Assembly (NCBI GenBank): GCA_049692235.1
Contig: JBAVOQ010000015.1
Coordinates: 13,186-77,185 of the forward strand
Direction of reading: 5' to 3'
DNA length: 64,000 nucleotides
DNA from: Acidobacteriaceae bacterium
GTDB taxonomy: Bacteria > Acidobacteriota > Terriglobia > Terriglobales > Acidobacteriaceae
In this document: positions 20,343-30,726 of the stretch, one piece after another
How positions within the stretch are numbered: position 1 is the first letter of the stretch
Layout: each line of letters starts with the position of its first letter
Translations under genes and position numbers: made by a program
The notes under the pieces: model-generated
Seen by the model: the letters and a program-made list of their open reading frames with translations, nothing else
The model's database searches: none
What the model was told of the DNA's origin: nothing

Positions 20343-20386
20343 TGAAAGCGAAAAACCCACTCGGCCGATCGGCAGCGGGTGGGTTT
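20343..20386 (-). terminator. Hairpin followed by a T-tract on the minus strand, between def and tRNA-Cys
   Basis: AAACCCAC (20353..20360) pairs with GTGGGTTT (20379..20386), enclosing the palindrome GCCGATCGGC. On the minus strand it is followed by TTTTTCGCTTTC. Being only ~25 nt from the tRNA 5' end makes a terminator role uncertain. Confidence 0.35.
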
Positions 20387-20638
20387 CCATGGTTGCGCGA
20401 AATTGTTTTAGTTCAACTCGCTCATGGACACACCCGCATACGGCTGCAGCAACAGCACGGACAGCGGCGGTTTGGAGCGATGTTCAGCATTTGCGAAGAC
20501 TCTTAGAAGCGGTGTAGCTACCTCTTGAAATGTGAGGATAGAGCCTGCCACAAATTGCTGTCAAATGATCGCGCCATCGTTTTCGACAGCACGCTCGTGC
20601 TTCGCGCGGCTCTTCGCCATGGCGATGGGCCGAATTTC

Positions 20639-21205
20639 TCAGCGCCCGGGGGCGCGATTTTTCCAGTGGCGCTGGTAGTTGTCGAGCGTCGAAAACGTCT
20701 GGCTCTGCATGCGATCGATATAGATTGTTCCATGCAGATGATCGATCTCATGCTGCAGAATGCGCGCGTACCATCCCTTGGCTTCAATGACCCGAGGCTT
20801 GCCATGCTGATCGAGACAGGTGACGCGAACCGAGCGCGAGCGCGGAACCTCCGCCATAAATCCGGGGAGACTCAGGCAGCCTTCAAAAAAAGAAACCTGC
20901 GAGTCGGAAAGCAATTCAATCTGCGGATTGATCAGCACGTGGAAGTCGACGGGAATGCGTTCTCTCTCTTTCAATTCGGCTTCCGTCGCCGTCTTGTGAT
21001 ACTCCGTTCGATCTTCAATCACCGCCAGCTTCAGAGACTGACCAATCTGCGGCGCTGCCAATCCGACTCCCGGCGCGTCGCGCAGCGTTTCGCGCATATG
21101 CTCAATCAAGTCTTTGATCTGTGGGCTGCGAATCTCTTTGGGCGCAAGTGGGCGCGGCGTTTGCCGCAACACGGGATGTCCAACAGCAACAATCTTCAGC
21201 AGCAT
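20639..21205 (-). CDS. def: Peptide deformylase
   Basis: Motifs GVGLAAPQIG, EGCLSLPG and HEIDHLHG. The start is taken at the ATG giving MLLKIVAVGHPVLRQ. Confidence 0.9.
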   Translation of the reverse strand: MLLKIVAVGHPVLRQTPRPLAPKEIRSPQIKDLIEHMRETLRDAPGVGLAAPQIGQSLKLAVIEDRTEYHKTATEAELKERERIPVDFHVLINPQIELLSDSQVSFFEGCLSLPGFMAEVPRSRSVRVTCLDQHGKPRVIEAKGWYARILQHEIDHLHGTIYIDRMQSQTFSTLDNYQRHWKNRAPGR

Positions 21206-21485
21206 TGATCCTGCAATTCCGGCGATCGCCGGGCCGGCGCAGCAGCCTGAATCGCCCACACCCTATGCTACAATTTAGCAACTTCTTTGGTGATGGAGTT
21301 CTGCCGAGTGACGATCATTCAACTTTCTCGAATGTATATGGCCATGCGCGCCCCAGGCGGTCGCAGGCCAGCTTCAGAAGTCTGAGTTATCCCGCTCAAT
21401 CTTCATTCTGGCAGCCGCCTGGGGAGTTCCCGCCACGGCCAGTTTTCTCCCAGGAACCATTGCATAGCCGAATGGAGATTACGTT

Positions 21486-22688
21486 TTGAGCTCACCAGAT
21501 TTGGACATTTCTACCGTCGCGATTCATGGCGGACGATCGCTGGATTCGCACGCCAGCTCGATCCTGTTTCCTCTCTATCAAACCAGTACGTTTGTGCACG
21601 ACGCGGTCGGCGTCGACAAAGGTTTTAGCTACTCGCGAGTGTCGAATCCAACCGTGGACGCGCTGGAGAAAGCGATTGGCGCGCTGGAAGGTACACCTCC
21701 GGCGGTTTGCTTTCGCACAGGCATGGCGGCAGTCACCACCCTGTTTCTCTCCGTGCTGCAGTCCGGCGATCACGTCGTACTCACGGATGTTGTGTATGGC
21801 GGCACCATGCGCCTGTTTCGCGAAGTGCTGGATCATCTCGGCATAAGCGCCTCTTTCGTGGATACATCCGATCCGGCAAATGTTGAAGCGGCCATCACCC
21901 CCGCGACTCGCATCGTTTTCCTGGAGACGCCGGGCAATCCAACGCTGAAGCTGACGGACATTCCCGCGGTTGCGGAGATTACCAAGCGCCATTCCATCTT
22001 GCTGGTAGTCGATAACACATTTCTGACGCCGATTCTGCAGAATGTGCTGCAGCTAGGCGCGGATATTTCTCTGTTATCGACAACGAAATATATCGACGGC
22101 CATAACGCAACCGTCGGCGGCTCATTGGCCACTCAGGATGAGAAGCTGCTGGAGCGATTTCGTTTGATTCGCAAGACCATCGGCACCACGCAGGCTCCGT
22201 TCGAGGCGTGGCTGACGCTGCAGGGAATGAAGACGCTGCCTGCTCGGTTGAAGCTTCATTGCGAGAATGCACAGGCCATTGCCGAATGGCTAGAGGGCAA
22301 TCCCGCGGTGAAACGTATGTATTATCCCGGCCTGCAATCGTGTCCACAAAAGGCTTTGGCAGAAAAACAGCAGAGTGCGGCCGGCGGCATGATCGCCTTT
22401 GAGTTGAAGGCTGGCTACGACGCCACGATTCGCATGTTGAATCAAGTGCAGCTCTGCTCGCGCGCCGAAAGCCTGGGAGGATTGGAAACCCTGATCACGC
22501 ACCCGTCTTCGACAACGCACGCCGACCTGGATCCAGACTTGCGCCGCCGCCTTGGCATCACCGACGGTTTGGTTCGACTTTCTGTTGGACTGGAAGCCCC
22601 GCAAGATATCATCCGCGATCTGGAACAGGCGTTCGCAGCTGCTGGATGTAATGTCCGGGAGAAAGAGGCTGGACATGAAAATCGCTAG
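21486..22688 (+). CDS. Cys/Met-metabolism PLP enzyme (cystathionine gamma-synthase/gamma-lyase family)
   Basis: A TTG start lies 8 nt after GGAG. Family pattern: AIHGG...LYQTSTF, VVDNTFLTP, STTKYIDGHNATVGG (PLP lysine), ESLGGLETLITHP. Confidence 0.8.
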   Translation: MSSPDLDISTVAIHGGRSLDSHASSILFPLYQTSTFVHDAVGVDKGFSYSRVSNPTVDALEKAIGALEGTPPAVCFRTGMAAVTTLFLSVLQSGDHVVLTDVVYGGTMRLFREVLDHLGISASFVDTSDPANVEAAITPATRIVFLETPGNPTLKLTDIPAVAEITKRHSILLVVDNTFLTPILQNVLQLGADISLLSTTKYIDGHNATVGGSLATQDEKLLERFRLIRKTIGTTQAPFEAWLTLQGMKTLPARLKLHCENAQAIAEWLEGNPAVKRMYYPGLQSCPQKALAEKQQSAAGGMIAFELKAGYDATIRMLNQVQLCSRAESLGGLETLITHPSSTTHADLDPDLRRRLGITDGLVRLSVGLEAPQDIIRDLEQAFAAAGCNVREKEAGHENR

Positions 22689-23817
22689 CCGCCTGGTAAG
22701 TTTCGATCCCGCTCCGGGAGATCGCTTCCGCCCCATCTCTACCCCGATCTATCAGACAGCCACGTTCGAGCAGGAATTTTCCGATCAGTTTGGCGAATAC
22801 GATTATTCGCGGAGCGGCAATCCAACTCGTGCGGTGGTCGAAAAGCAGATTGCATCGCTGGAAAACGGGACCCATGGATATTGCTTCTCCAGCGGCATGG
22901 CCGCCATCACCACCGCGACAAAGTTGCTGCAGCATGGCGAAGAAATTCTTGCCGACAACGATTTATATGGCGGCACCTGCCGGCTGTTTACAAAGGTGCT
23001 GAAACGCACTGGCATCTCCGCTCGTTACGCGGACGCGTGCGATCTGGAGAATTTCGAGCGCCAGATCACTCCCAAAACCAAATTGATTTACGTCGAGTCG
23101 CCCACCAATCCATTGTTGCGAGTAGTGGATCTACGCAAGCTGGCTGCGATGACTCATAGTCACGATGCCCTGCTGTGCGTGGACAACAGCACCATGTCGC
23201 CTTACCTGCAGAACCCGCTTGACCTGGGAGCGGATGTCGTTCTGCATTCGGGGACCAAGTTTCTCGGCGGACACCACGACGTCACGGCCGGATCGATCGT
23301 CGTGAAAGACAAGGCGCTTGCCGAGCAGATTTATTTTGTACAGAACGCAGAAGGCAATGCGCTCGCGCCGTTCGACTGTTATCTGCTGCTGCGTGGTATG
23401 AAGACATTGAAGCTGCGATTGGATTGCCAGCAAAAAAACGCGAACGCCATCGCCGGATATCTCAGCCAGAACAAAGCGATTCAGCGGGTCTTCTATCCCG
23501 GGCTGAAAAACGATCGCGGGTATGAGCTGCAGCGTTCGCAGGCGCGCGGCGCGGGCGCTGTGTTGAGCTTTACGACCGGTTCCGTCGCGCTGTCAAAAGC
23601 CATCGCCGAAAATACCAAGCTGTTCCGCATCACCGTCAGCTTCGGCAGCGTCAACTCTTCAATCAGCGTGCCGGGAAACATGTCGCACGCCAGCGTTCCA
23701 GTGGAATTGATGGCGCAACGCGACCTGCCGAAAGACCTGGTGCGCATTTCCGTAGGAATCGAGGACGAAGAAGACTTGCTGGCCGATCTGGATCGCGCCA
23801 TCCAGTCCTATCGGTGA
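22675..23817 (+). CDS. Second Cys/Met-metabolism PLP enzyme (cystathionine beta-lyase/gamma-synthase family)
   Basis: The ATG at 22675 overlaps the upstream stop by 14 nt. Motifs: [53 protein letters not shown]. Confidence 0.8.
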   Translation: MKIASRLVSFDPAPGDRFRPISTPIYQTATFEQEFSDQFGEYDYSRSGNPTRAVVEKQIASLENGTHGYCFSSGMAAITTATKLLQHGEEILADNDLYGGTCRLFTKVLKRTGISARYADACDLENFERQITPKTKLIYVESPTNPLLRVVDLRKLAAMTHSHDALLCVDNSTMSPYLQNPLDLGADVVLHSGTKFLGGHHDVTAGSIVVKDKALAEQIYFVQNAEGNALAPFDCYLLLRGMKTLKLRLDCQQKNANAIAGYLSQNKAIQRVFYPGLKNDRGYELQRSQARGAGAVLSFTTGSVALSKAIAENTKLFRITVSFGSVNSSISVPGNMSHASVPVELMAQRDLPKDLVRISVGIEDEEDLLADLDRAIQSYR

Positions 23818-23934
23818 AGTTTACTGGGTAGCTGGTCGAAAAACCCCAGAGGCTGAAGCCCAGGTATATTTTTGGGTCTACGACCCGACTGAAGTCGGGC
23901 CCTGATACAAAGCACTATCGACAGCACCAAATAG

Positions 23935-24429
23935 TTATTTGGCCCCGCGATCGCTCTCGAACATGGCCATCGCTTCAATTTCAATCAGCAGATCCGGGCG
24001 GCACAAGATTGCCTGGATTCCCGTGGAGGCAGGCAAAGGGTTCAGCCCTTTTTCCCGAAAGAACTGCGTCCGTATCTGGTTGAACTGGTCGTAGTCGCGC
24101 TCAATATCGCGCAGATAACAGCTGGTCCGGACTACATCCTTCCAGGTCGCGCCTTCCGCAGTCAACAGCCCGGTAATATTGTGGAGCGTGCGCTTCATTT
24201 GCGCGCCAAAATCCCCCACATGCACGGTTTGTCCAAACTCGTCGATGCTTGCCGTGCCTGAAATCATCAGGATGGTGACGCCTTTAATGTCCAGCCGCAG
24301 ACCACGCGAGAACGACGACGGCTTGGCGTATTCGTAGGCTTCGTTCAGCACGCGCGGTTCCGTGATGGCTTTCTTGCTGACTGGGGTATGGATTTCCGAT
24401 GGGACTTGGATCGTTTCTGTAGGTGACAT
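23935..24429 (-). CDS. RidA/YjgF/Rid-family protein with an N-terminal extension
   Basis: ISGTASIDEFGQTV...QMKRTLHNITGLLTAEGATWKDVVRTSCYLRD...LIEIEAMA follows the YjgF/RidA fold pattern. The start is ambiguous (ATG 24429 or GTG 24468). Confidence 0.6.
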   Translation of the reverse strand: MSPTETIQVPSEIHTPVSKKAITEPRVLNEAYEYAKPSSFSRGLRLDIKGVTILMISGTASIDEFGQTVHVGDFGAQMKRTLHNITGLLTAEGATWKDVVRTSCYLRDIERDYDQFNQIRTQFFREKGLNPLPASTGIQAILCRPDLLIEIEAMAMFESDRGAK

Positions 24430-24540
24430 ATAAGGATCGCTTTCTTTGCTTCGGATTCGAAAATGCACCGCAGGCTGTGATCCCAGCGGTGGAAGTACTT
24501 GTACCTGTTGCAGCAGGGGACGCGCCCAACTCTCGGACTT

Positions 24541-25269
24541 TTACGCTGCTCCTATCCGGTAGCCGTCCGGATCTTTGCCGCGAACGCGCCGCCACCAGAC
24601 CTGGAATGTGGGAACGTTGACGGTGACGATAAAGAGTTTTCTCAGGCAGTTCGATGGGCATTCCAAGGGTCGGACGCCGTGCCAGGAATGTTCTGTGCGT
24701 TGGAAGAAGAGGCTCTCATTTCCACGCGGAACCAGCGAAGCAGCCACTTTCAGATCGTCGAAGGCGGGGGCCGAATGTGGTTTGAAGCGCCCTTCGTCGT
24801 CCAACATCAGGATCTGGCCTCCCCAATTTGTGTCCCAATCCTCTTCCGTGTTGAAGTAAAAAATATGCGTCGCCAGCTTGCGCCGGGCATCGCAATGCGG
24901 GGAGACGGAACATCCCTGCCATGCGTAGTACCACTCCAGTGTCAGGATGAACTTCTGCGGTCCTAACATTCTTCGCAGCCAAGACTGGTAGACCTCACCC
25001 TGCAACTCAGCGACAAATTCCTTCCATGGTTCCGGCAACTCGATGCCCGGCCTGTAATGCAGAATGTAGCGATCGTGCGGGGCTTGCCCGTATCCTCGTT
25101 TGACCCCGACCTTGCGATCGAACTTCTCCACCTCCGGCATGGAGTGGCGCAACCGCTCAAAACCCTCCTCCGTCAGCGCCGCGGGAATGCTGATCCAGGG
25201 ATAGGGCTGCCGCGCACGAAACATTTCCGGGGAAAGGGACTCGATACGTCCCGAGTCGAGATAAGTCAC
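24541..25269 (-). CDS. 2-oxoglutarate/Fe(II)-dependent oxygenase superfamily protein, substrate unknown
   Basis: HxD...H facial-triad candidates: SPHCDARRK and EHSWHGVRP. The size and beta-rich pattern are typical of small 2OG-Fe(II) oxygenases. Confidence 0.5.
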   Translation of the reverse strand: MTYLDSGRIESLSPEMFRARQPYPWISIPAALTEEGFERLRHSMPEVEKFDRKVGVKRGYGQAPHDRYILHYRPGIELPEPWKEFVAELQGEVYQSWLRRMLGPQKFILTLEWYYAWQGCSVSPHCDARRKLATHIFYFNTEEDWDTNWGGQILMLDDEGRFKPHSAPAFDDLKVAASLVPRGNESLFFQRTEHSWHGVRPLECPSNCLRKLFIVTVNVPTFQVWWRRVRGKDPDGYRIGAA

Positions 25270-25327
25270 ACCATACCTCCGAGGCAGGCACTTAGGAATA
25301 CGGTCTCACTCCGGCGCACATTCCTCG

Positions 25328-25341
25328 GTGACGTGCATCAC
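25328..25341. promoter_or_regulatory. Near-copy of the GTGAC-N4-GTCAC motif (GTGACGTGCATCAC) in the 2OG-oxygenase/cysK divergent region
   Basis: It shares GTGACGT and TCAC with the 14-mer at 28471 and 57170, and has a perfect GTGA-N6-TCAC core. A core this short is expected about once by chance in 64 kb. Confidence 0.25.
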
Positions 25342-25398
25342 GGTCCAACACAAAAAACGGTATGCTTTCGGTATCTGGGATTTTAGAAAGGACCGATC

Positions 25399-26370
25399 AT
25401 GAATATTGCCGCAAGCGTAACTGATCTGATTGGACGGACTCCTCTGGTGGAGTTGCATCGTGTGACGAAGGGTTGCCAGGCGCGGGTGGTGGCCAAGCTG
25501 GAGAGCCAAAATCCGCTGAGCAGCGTGAAAGACCGCATCGGCCTGGCCATGATTGAGGCAGCCGAGCGCGAAGGCAAAATCACACCCGGCAAGACCGTGC
25601 TGATTGAACCGACCAGCGGCAATACCGGGATTGCGCTGGCATTTGTGGCAGCGGTCAAGGGCTACGACATCATCCTGACCATGCCGGAAACGATGAGCCT
25701 GGAACGCAGAATTCTGTTGCTGGCGTTTGGGGCCAAGATTGTCCTGACCCCCGGACCCAACGGCGTCAAGGGATCGATTGCCAAGGCGGAAGAGCTACTG
25801 CGCGAGACACCCAACAGCTACATGCTGCAGCAGTTCAACAATCCCGCCAATCCTAAGATCCACTTCGACACCACGGGGCCGGAAATCTGGAACGATACGG
25901 ATGGCAAGGCAGATATTCTGGTGTCGGGCATCGGTACCGGCGGCACGCTGACGGGGGTAAGCGAATACATCAAGGCCCGAAAGCCGGGATTTTGGTCGGT
26001 TGCGGTCGAACCCGCCGATAGCGCCGTGCTCTCCGGCGGCAAACCAGGGCCGCACAAGATTCAGGGTCTCGGCGCCGGGTTCGTCCCCAAGATATTGAAG
26101 ACGGATCTCATCGACGAGATCATCACCGTGACCAATGACGATGCCATCGCCATGGCGCGGAGGTTGCCCAAGGAAGAAGGCCTGCTGGTTGGCATCTCTT
26201 CCGGAGCTGCGGTCCATGCCGCTCTGCAGTTGGCGCGCAATCCAAAGCACGCTGGAAAATTGATTGTCGTCATCATCCCCAGCGCCGGCGAGCGGTATCT
26301 CTCGACTGTGTTGTTCGATGAGTTGCGCAAAGAGGCCATGGAGACGAAGACTTCCGCAGTGACGGTATGA
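25399..26370 (+). CDS. cysK: Cysteine synthase A (O-acetylserine sulfhydrylase)
   Basis: [10 protein letters not shown]...[16 protein letters not shown] (PLP lysine), [22 protein letters not shown]. Confidence 0.9.
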   Translation: MNIAASVTDLIGRTPLVELHRVTKGCQARVVAKLESQNPLSSVKDRIGLAMIEAAEREGKITPGKTVLIEPTSGNTGIALAFVAAVKGYDIILTMPETMSLERRILLLAFGAKIVLTPGPNGVKGSIAKAEELLRETPNSYMLQQFNNPANPKIHFDTTGPEIWNDTDGKADILVSGIGTGGTLTGVSEYIKARKPGFWSVAVEPADSAVLSGGKPGPHKIQGLGAGFVPKILKTDLIDEIITVTNDDAIAMARRLPKEEGLLVGISSGAAVHAALQLARNPKHAGKLIVVIIPSAGERYLSTVLFDELRKEAMETKTSAVTV

Positions 26371-26482
26371 AGCGATCTGATAAGGCTAAAGTAGTTGGTT
26401 ATGCGGAGGATGAGACCCGCCTCAACGCAGGTCTGTCGCTGCGGCGACCCGAAGCGACAAAAGCATAGATGAGACCACTTCT

Positions 26483-27244
26483 ATGAACCTGGTGCGACTG
26501 ATTCGCGAAGACATTCGATGCGTGTTCGAGCGCGACCCTGCGGCCACCTCGAAGGCGATGGTGCTGCTTTGCTATCCGGGCCTGCATGCCGTGTGGTCCC
26601 ACCGCATTCATCACTGGCTTTGGTTGCATGACTTGAAGTTGTTGTCGCGTGTGCTGTCGCAAATCACGCGTTTCTGGACTGGAATTGAAATCCATCCAGA
26701 GGCACAGATCGGTCGACGATTGTTTATCGATCACGGCATCGGTGTCGTCATCGGCCAAACCGCCATCATTGGGGATGACGTGACGCTCTATCAGGGTGTG
26801 ACGCTGGGCGGTACCGGAAAGGGCGTGGGAAAACGCCATCCTACGCTGCGCGATGGAGTCTTTGTCGGCAACAACGCCAACATCCTGGGCGACATCACGA
26901 TTGGAGAACATTCTCGTGTCGGCGCCGGCTCTGTGGTGCTGCGCGATGTGCCTCCGGATTCGACGGTCGTGGGTGTTCCAGCGCACATCGTGTACCAGGG
27001 CGGCAAACGCGTGCTAATTACCGATCCTCGAGAAATCAACGATCCATTGTCGGACGTCATCATCGGGCTTTGTGACGAGGTGAAGCGTCTGAAATCGCGC
27101 GTCGAGCGCCTGGATGGCCAGCTGCAGCAATCGTTGCTGACGGATCCGGAAAGCGCGCTGGCGGTGGAGGAAGAAGAACGCGCTCGTTATCGCAGCCAGC
27201 AATATCCCCGGTCAGATTACGTGAGCATGGGCGAAGGCATCTGA
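26483..27244 (+). CDS. cysE: Serine O-acetyltransferase
   Basis: ERDPAA...[16 protein letters not shown], followed by hexapeptide repeats ([43 protein letters not shown]). Confidence 0.9.
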   Translation: MNLVRLIREDIRCVFERDPAATSKAMVLLCYPGLHAVWSHRIHHWLWLHDLKLLSRVLSQITRFWTGIEIHPEAQIGRRLFIDHGIGVVIGQTAIIGDDVTLYQGVTLGGTGKGVGKRHPTLRDGVFVGNNANILGDITIGEHSRVGAGSVVLRDVPPDSTVVGVPAHIVYQGGKRVLITDPREINDPLSDVIIGLCDEVKRLKSRVERLDGQLQQSLLTDPESALAVEEEERARYRSQQYPRSDYVSMGEGI

Positions 27245-27272
27245 ACAGATCCGCGCGCGTGCGTGCCCTCGG

Positions 27273-28424
27273 TCACATTCCCGGATGCGAAAGGTGATTC
27301 GCGTTGGGCACCAGTTCCAGGTAGAGCGAGTGCGGCAGGTTGGTATTCCAATGGCCGGTCGCCTTGGCATAGCCCACAAATCCAAAAAATACGCACGCCA
27401 GCACAATAGTGACGGCCATGGGAGTCAGCACAAGATTGTGCCAGCGATCATTGACCTCCGTCGCGTGACGTGGTGGCAGCGAGAACTGCAATGCGTTCTG
27501 CGCCGGACAGACGGCAATACATTCCATGCAGGCTGCGCATTCAACAGAGCGAATCTGTATCAGCCGATCCACCGGCAAGTTGGCGGAGCAGGCACGCGCA
27601 CACTTGCCGCAGTCAATACATGCAGCCGCGTCGCGGCGAATCCTCGCCGGGCTTAGCAGGGACGCCAACCCCATCAACGCGCCGTATGGGCACAAATAGC
27701 GGCACCAGAAATTTCGTATGAAGAGTGAAAGCGCAAGCAGCACGACCAAGACGATGATTCCGGTCTGGCCGAGGTCGCGAAAGAAATTCAGCATTTTGAC
27801 ATCCGCCACCATGCCGTACGGCGAATGTAAAAAGTCCGCCAACGCTGCGGCCGACATGCTCCCAATCACAAACGCGAAAAAGCTGAGAAGTAGATATTTC
27901 AATCCGCGCAGCGGAAGGTCAAGCCGCTTTGGAAGTTGGAAGTTCTTGCCGAAAAACTTCTCGCCGGTTTTCCATAACAGTTCTGAGAGTGTGCCGATCG
28001 GGCACAGCCAGGAGCAGAAAGCTTTCTTCAGCAGCAGGCTAGACAGAAGGAATGCGAGGAACAGAAACATCGCGGCCGGATGGATCTGGGGAATGCTATG
28101 GGTTTCCAGCAGGTATTTCGTGTTCATCATTCCGGCAATGGGCAGCCATCCTTCCACCCCCGCGGGCCGGTTCACATACAGCGTTCTTCCTGCAGTTTCG
28201 TAGTAGCGTGTCCACAGGCAGAACTGAATTCCCAGCCCTATGTTCAGCATCACAAAGACGGTCTGAACGCTGTGGCGAAACCACTGCGAGCGGTCCTTTA
28301 ACCTACGTCGAATCAGCCTCTTGCGATGTTTAATAATAGGCCGAATGGAGCCTGAAGCGGCTCCATTCGGGATGCTGTCGGCTTGCAGCGGCGGCGGAAA
28401 TTCGGCCTCAGATTGTGCGGACAT
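27273..28424 (-). CDS. Membrane-bound polyferredoxin of the NapH/YccM/CcoG(FixG) superfamily
   Basis: Several TM helices. Paired CxxCP motifs (FCSWLCPIG, WCRYLCPYG) and two 4Fe-4S motifs (CIDCGKCARAC, CAACMECIAVCP). The ATG at 28424 is preceded by GAGGGTGAGG. The subfamily cannot be resolved by eye. Confidence 0.75.
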   Translation of the reverse strand: MSAQSEAEFPPPLQADSIPNGAASGSIRPIIKHRKRLIRRRLKDRSQWFRHSVQTVFVMLNIGLGIQFCLWTRYYETAGRTLYVNRPAGVEGWLPIAGMMNTKYLLETHSIPQIHPAAMFLFLAFLLSSLLLKKAFCSWLCPIGTLSELLWKTGEKFFGKNFQLPKRLDLPLRGLKYLLLSFFAFVIGSMSAAALADFLHSPYGMVADVKMLNFFRDLGQTGIIVLVVLLALSLFIRNFWCRYLCPYGALMGLASLLSPARIRRDAAACIDCGKCARACSANLPVDRLIQIRSVECAACMECIAVCPAQNALQFSLPPRHATEVNDRWHNLVLTPMAVTIVLACVFFGFVGYAKATGHWNTNLPHSLYLELVPNANHLSHPGM

Positions 28425-28469
28425 CCTCACCCTCAAAGGTTCACTCTAGAAGAAGGCGAAAGTGACAGC

Positions 28470-28485
28470 TGTGACGTAGGTCACA
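28470..28485. promoter_or_regulatory. Perfect CRP-type palindrome TGTGAC-GTAG-GTCACA in the divergent promoter region
   Basis: It lies 46 nt upstream of the polyferredoxin ATG and 57 nt upstream of the crp/fnr ATG. The core 14-mer is identical to 57170..57183. The adjacent regulator has a CRP-like recognition helix (TRESITRVL). Confidence 0.6.
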
Positions 28486-28541
28486 AACGATTGACGCCCG
28501 GAAAACAATACTAGAGTGTGCTGAATTATCAGGGTGCGACC

Positions 28542-29249
28542 ATGACCGACAACTGTGCTAACAGGATGGAAAACGAAGGCTGCTTCATGTGCAAGGAAAG
28601 GCATGCTGACTGGTTCTGCAACCTGTCTCCACAAGCACTGGTGGAATTCGAAACGCTTGGCATGCAGATGACGGTTCCTTCCGGCAGCACCCTCTTTTTC
28701 GAATCGCAAACGGCGCGCAGCGTATACATCTTGTGCGGCGGTCATGTGAAGCTGACCACCTCTTCAAAAGATGGCAAGACGCTGCTGGTGCGAATTGCCA
28801 AGCCGGGAGACGTGCTCGGCTTGAGCGCTGCCATCTCCGGCACGGCGTACGAAATCACCGCGCAGGCGATTGAGCCGGTCCAGGTGAAATCATTTCAGCG
28901 GCAGGATTTTCTGCACTTCATCGAGCATCACCTGGAAGGCAGCATGCACGCGACCAAGATGATCAACAAGGAATATCGCGATGCCCTGGGCGATGCTACC
29001 CGTCTCGCGCTTTCCATGTCGATCGCCGGCCGCGTCGCCCGGCTGCTGCTGGAGATGACGGGTGGCGCGCGCGATGCGAAACCGCGGTTCACCATGTCCT
29101 TGACCCACGAAGAACTGGCCACCATGCTGGGCACGACGCGCGAATCCATCACACGCGTGCTGAGTGAGCTCAAACGCAAAGAGATTATTTCCATTAAGGG
29201 AACGTCGCTGACGATCCTCCGCAAATCTGCGCTCGAGCTGCTCGTTTAG
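28542..29249 (+). CDS. Crp/Fnr-family transcriptional regulator with an N-terminal Cys cluster
   Basis: cNMP-binding-like beta-roll (GDVLGLSA) and a C-terminal HTH (LTHEELATMLGTTRESITRVLSELKRKEII). N-terminal Cys residues C5, C14, C17 and C26, counted from the ATG at 28542. The start is ambiguous (GTG 28518 is also possible). Confidence 0.8.
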   Translation: MTDNCANRMENEGCFMCKERHADWFCNLSPQALVEFETLGMQMTVPSGSTLFFESQTARSVYILCGGHVKLTTSSKDGKTLLVRIAKPGDVLGLSAAISGTAYEITAQAIEPVQVKSFQRQDFLHFIEHHLEGSMHATKMINKEYRDALGDATRLALSMSIAGRVARLLLEMTGGARDAKPRFTMSLTHEELATMLGTTRESITRVLSELKRKEIISIKGTSLTILRKSALELLV

Positions 29250-29279
29250 GCCGCCAAACCCTATAGTTGGTGTAACATC

Positions 29280-29295
29280 TGTGACGGTTGTCATT
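29280..29295. promoter_or_regulatory. Degenerate copy of the same motif (TGTGAC-GGTT-GTCATT) upstream of cydA
   Basis: It lies 48 nt upstream of the cydA ATG. 9 of the 10 arm positions of GTGAC-N4-GTCAC are conserved. Confidence 0.4.
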
Positions 29296-29342
29296 GCTGT
29301 TGCAGATGCTCACTCCCTATCGTTAAGGAAAGAGGGGCCGGC

Positions 29343-30707
<1,365 letters not shown>

Positions 30708-30726
30708 GAAAGGTACAGGAGATACC

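Noticed and set aside
21260-21485. Known SAM-I/SAM-II/SAH riboswitch upstream of the met genes
   Set aside because: I could not find the conserved core sequences I remember for these classes. Only the generic nested hairpin is reported as a finding. It needs Infernal/Rfam to decide.
23840-23915. Two small hairpins sharing a CTGAAG loop (GGCTGAAGCC, CCCGACTGAAGTCGGG) between the convergent metC-like and ridA genes, as a possible REP-like repeat
   Set aside because: Only two short copies are present and the first stem is 3 bp. They are more simply explained as bidirectional terminator-like structures. No other copies were noticed in the window.
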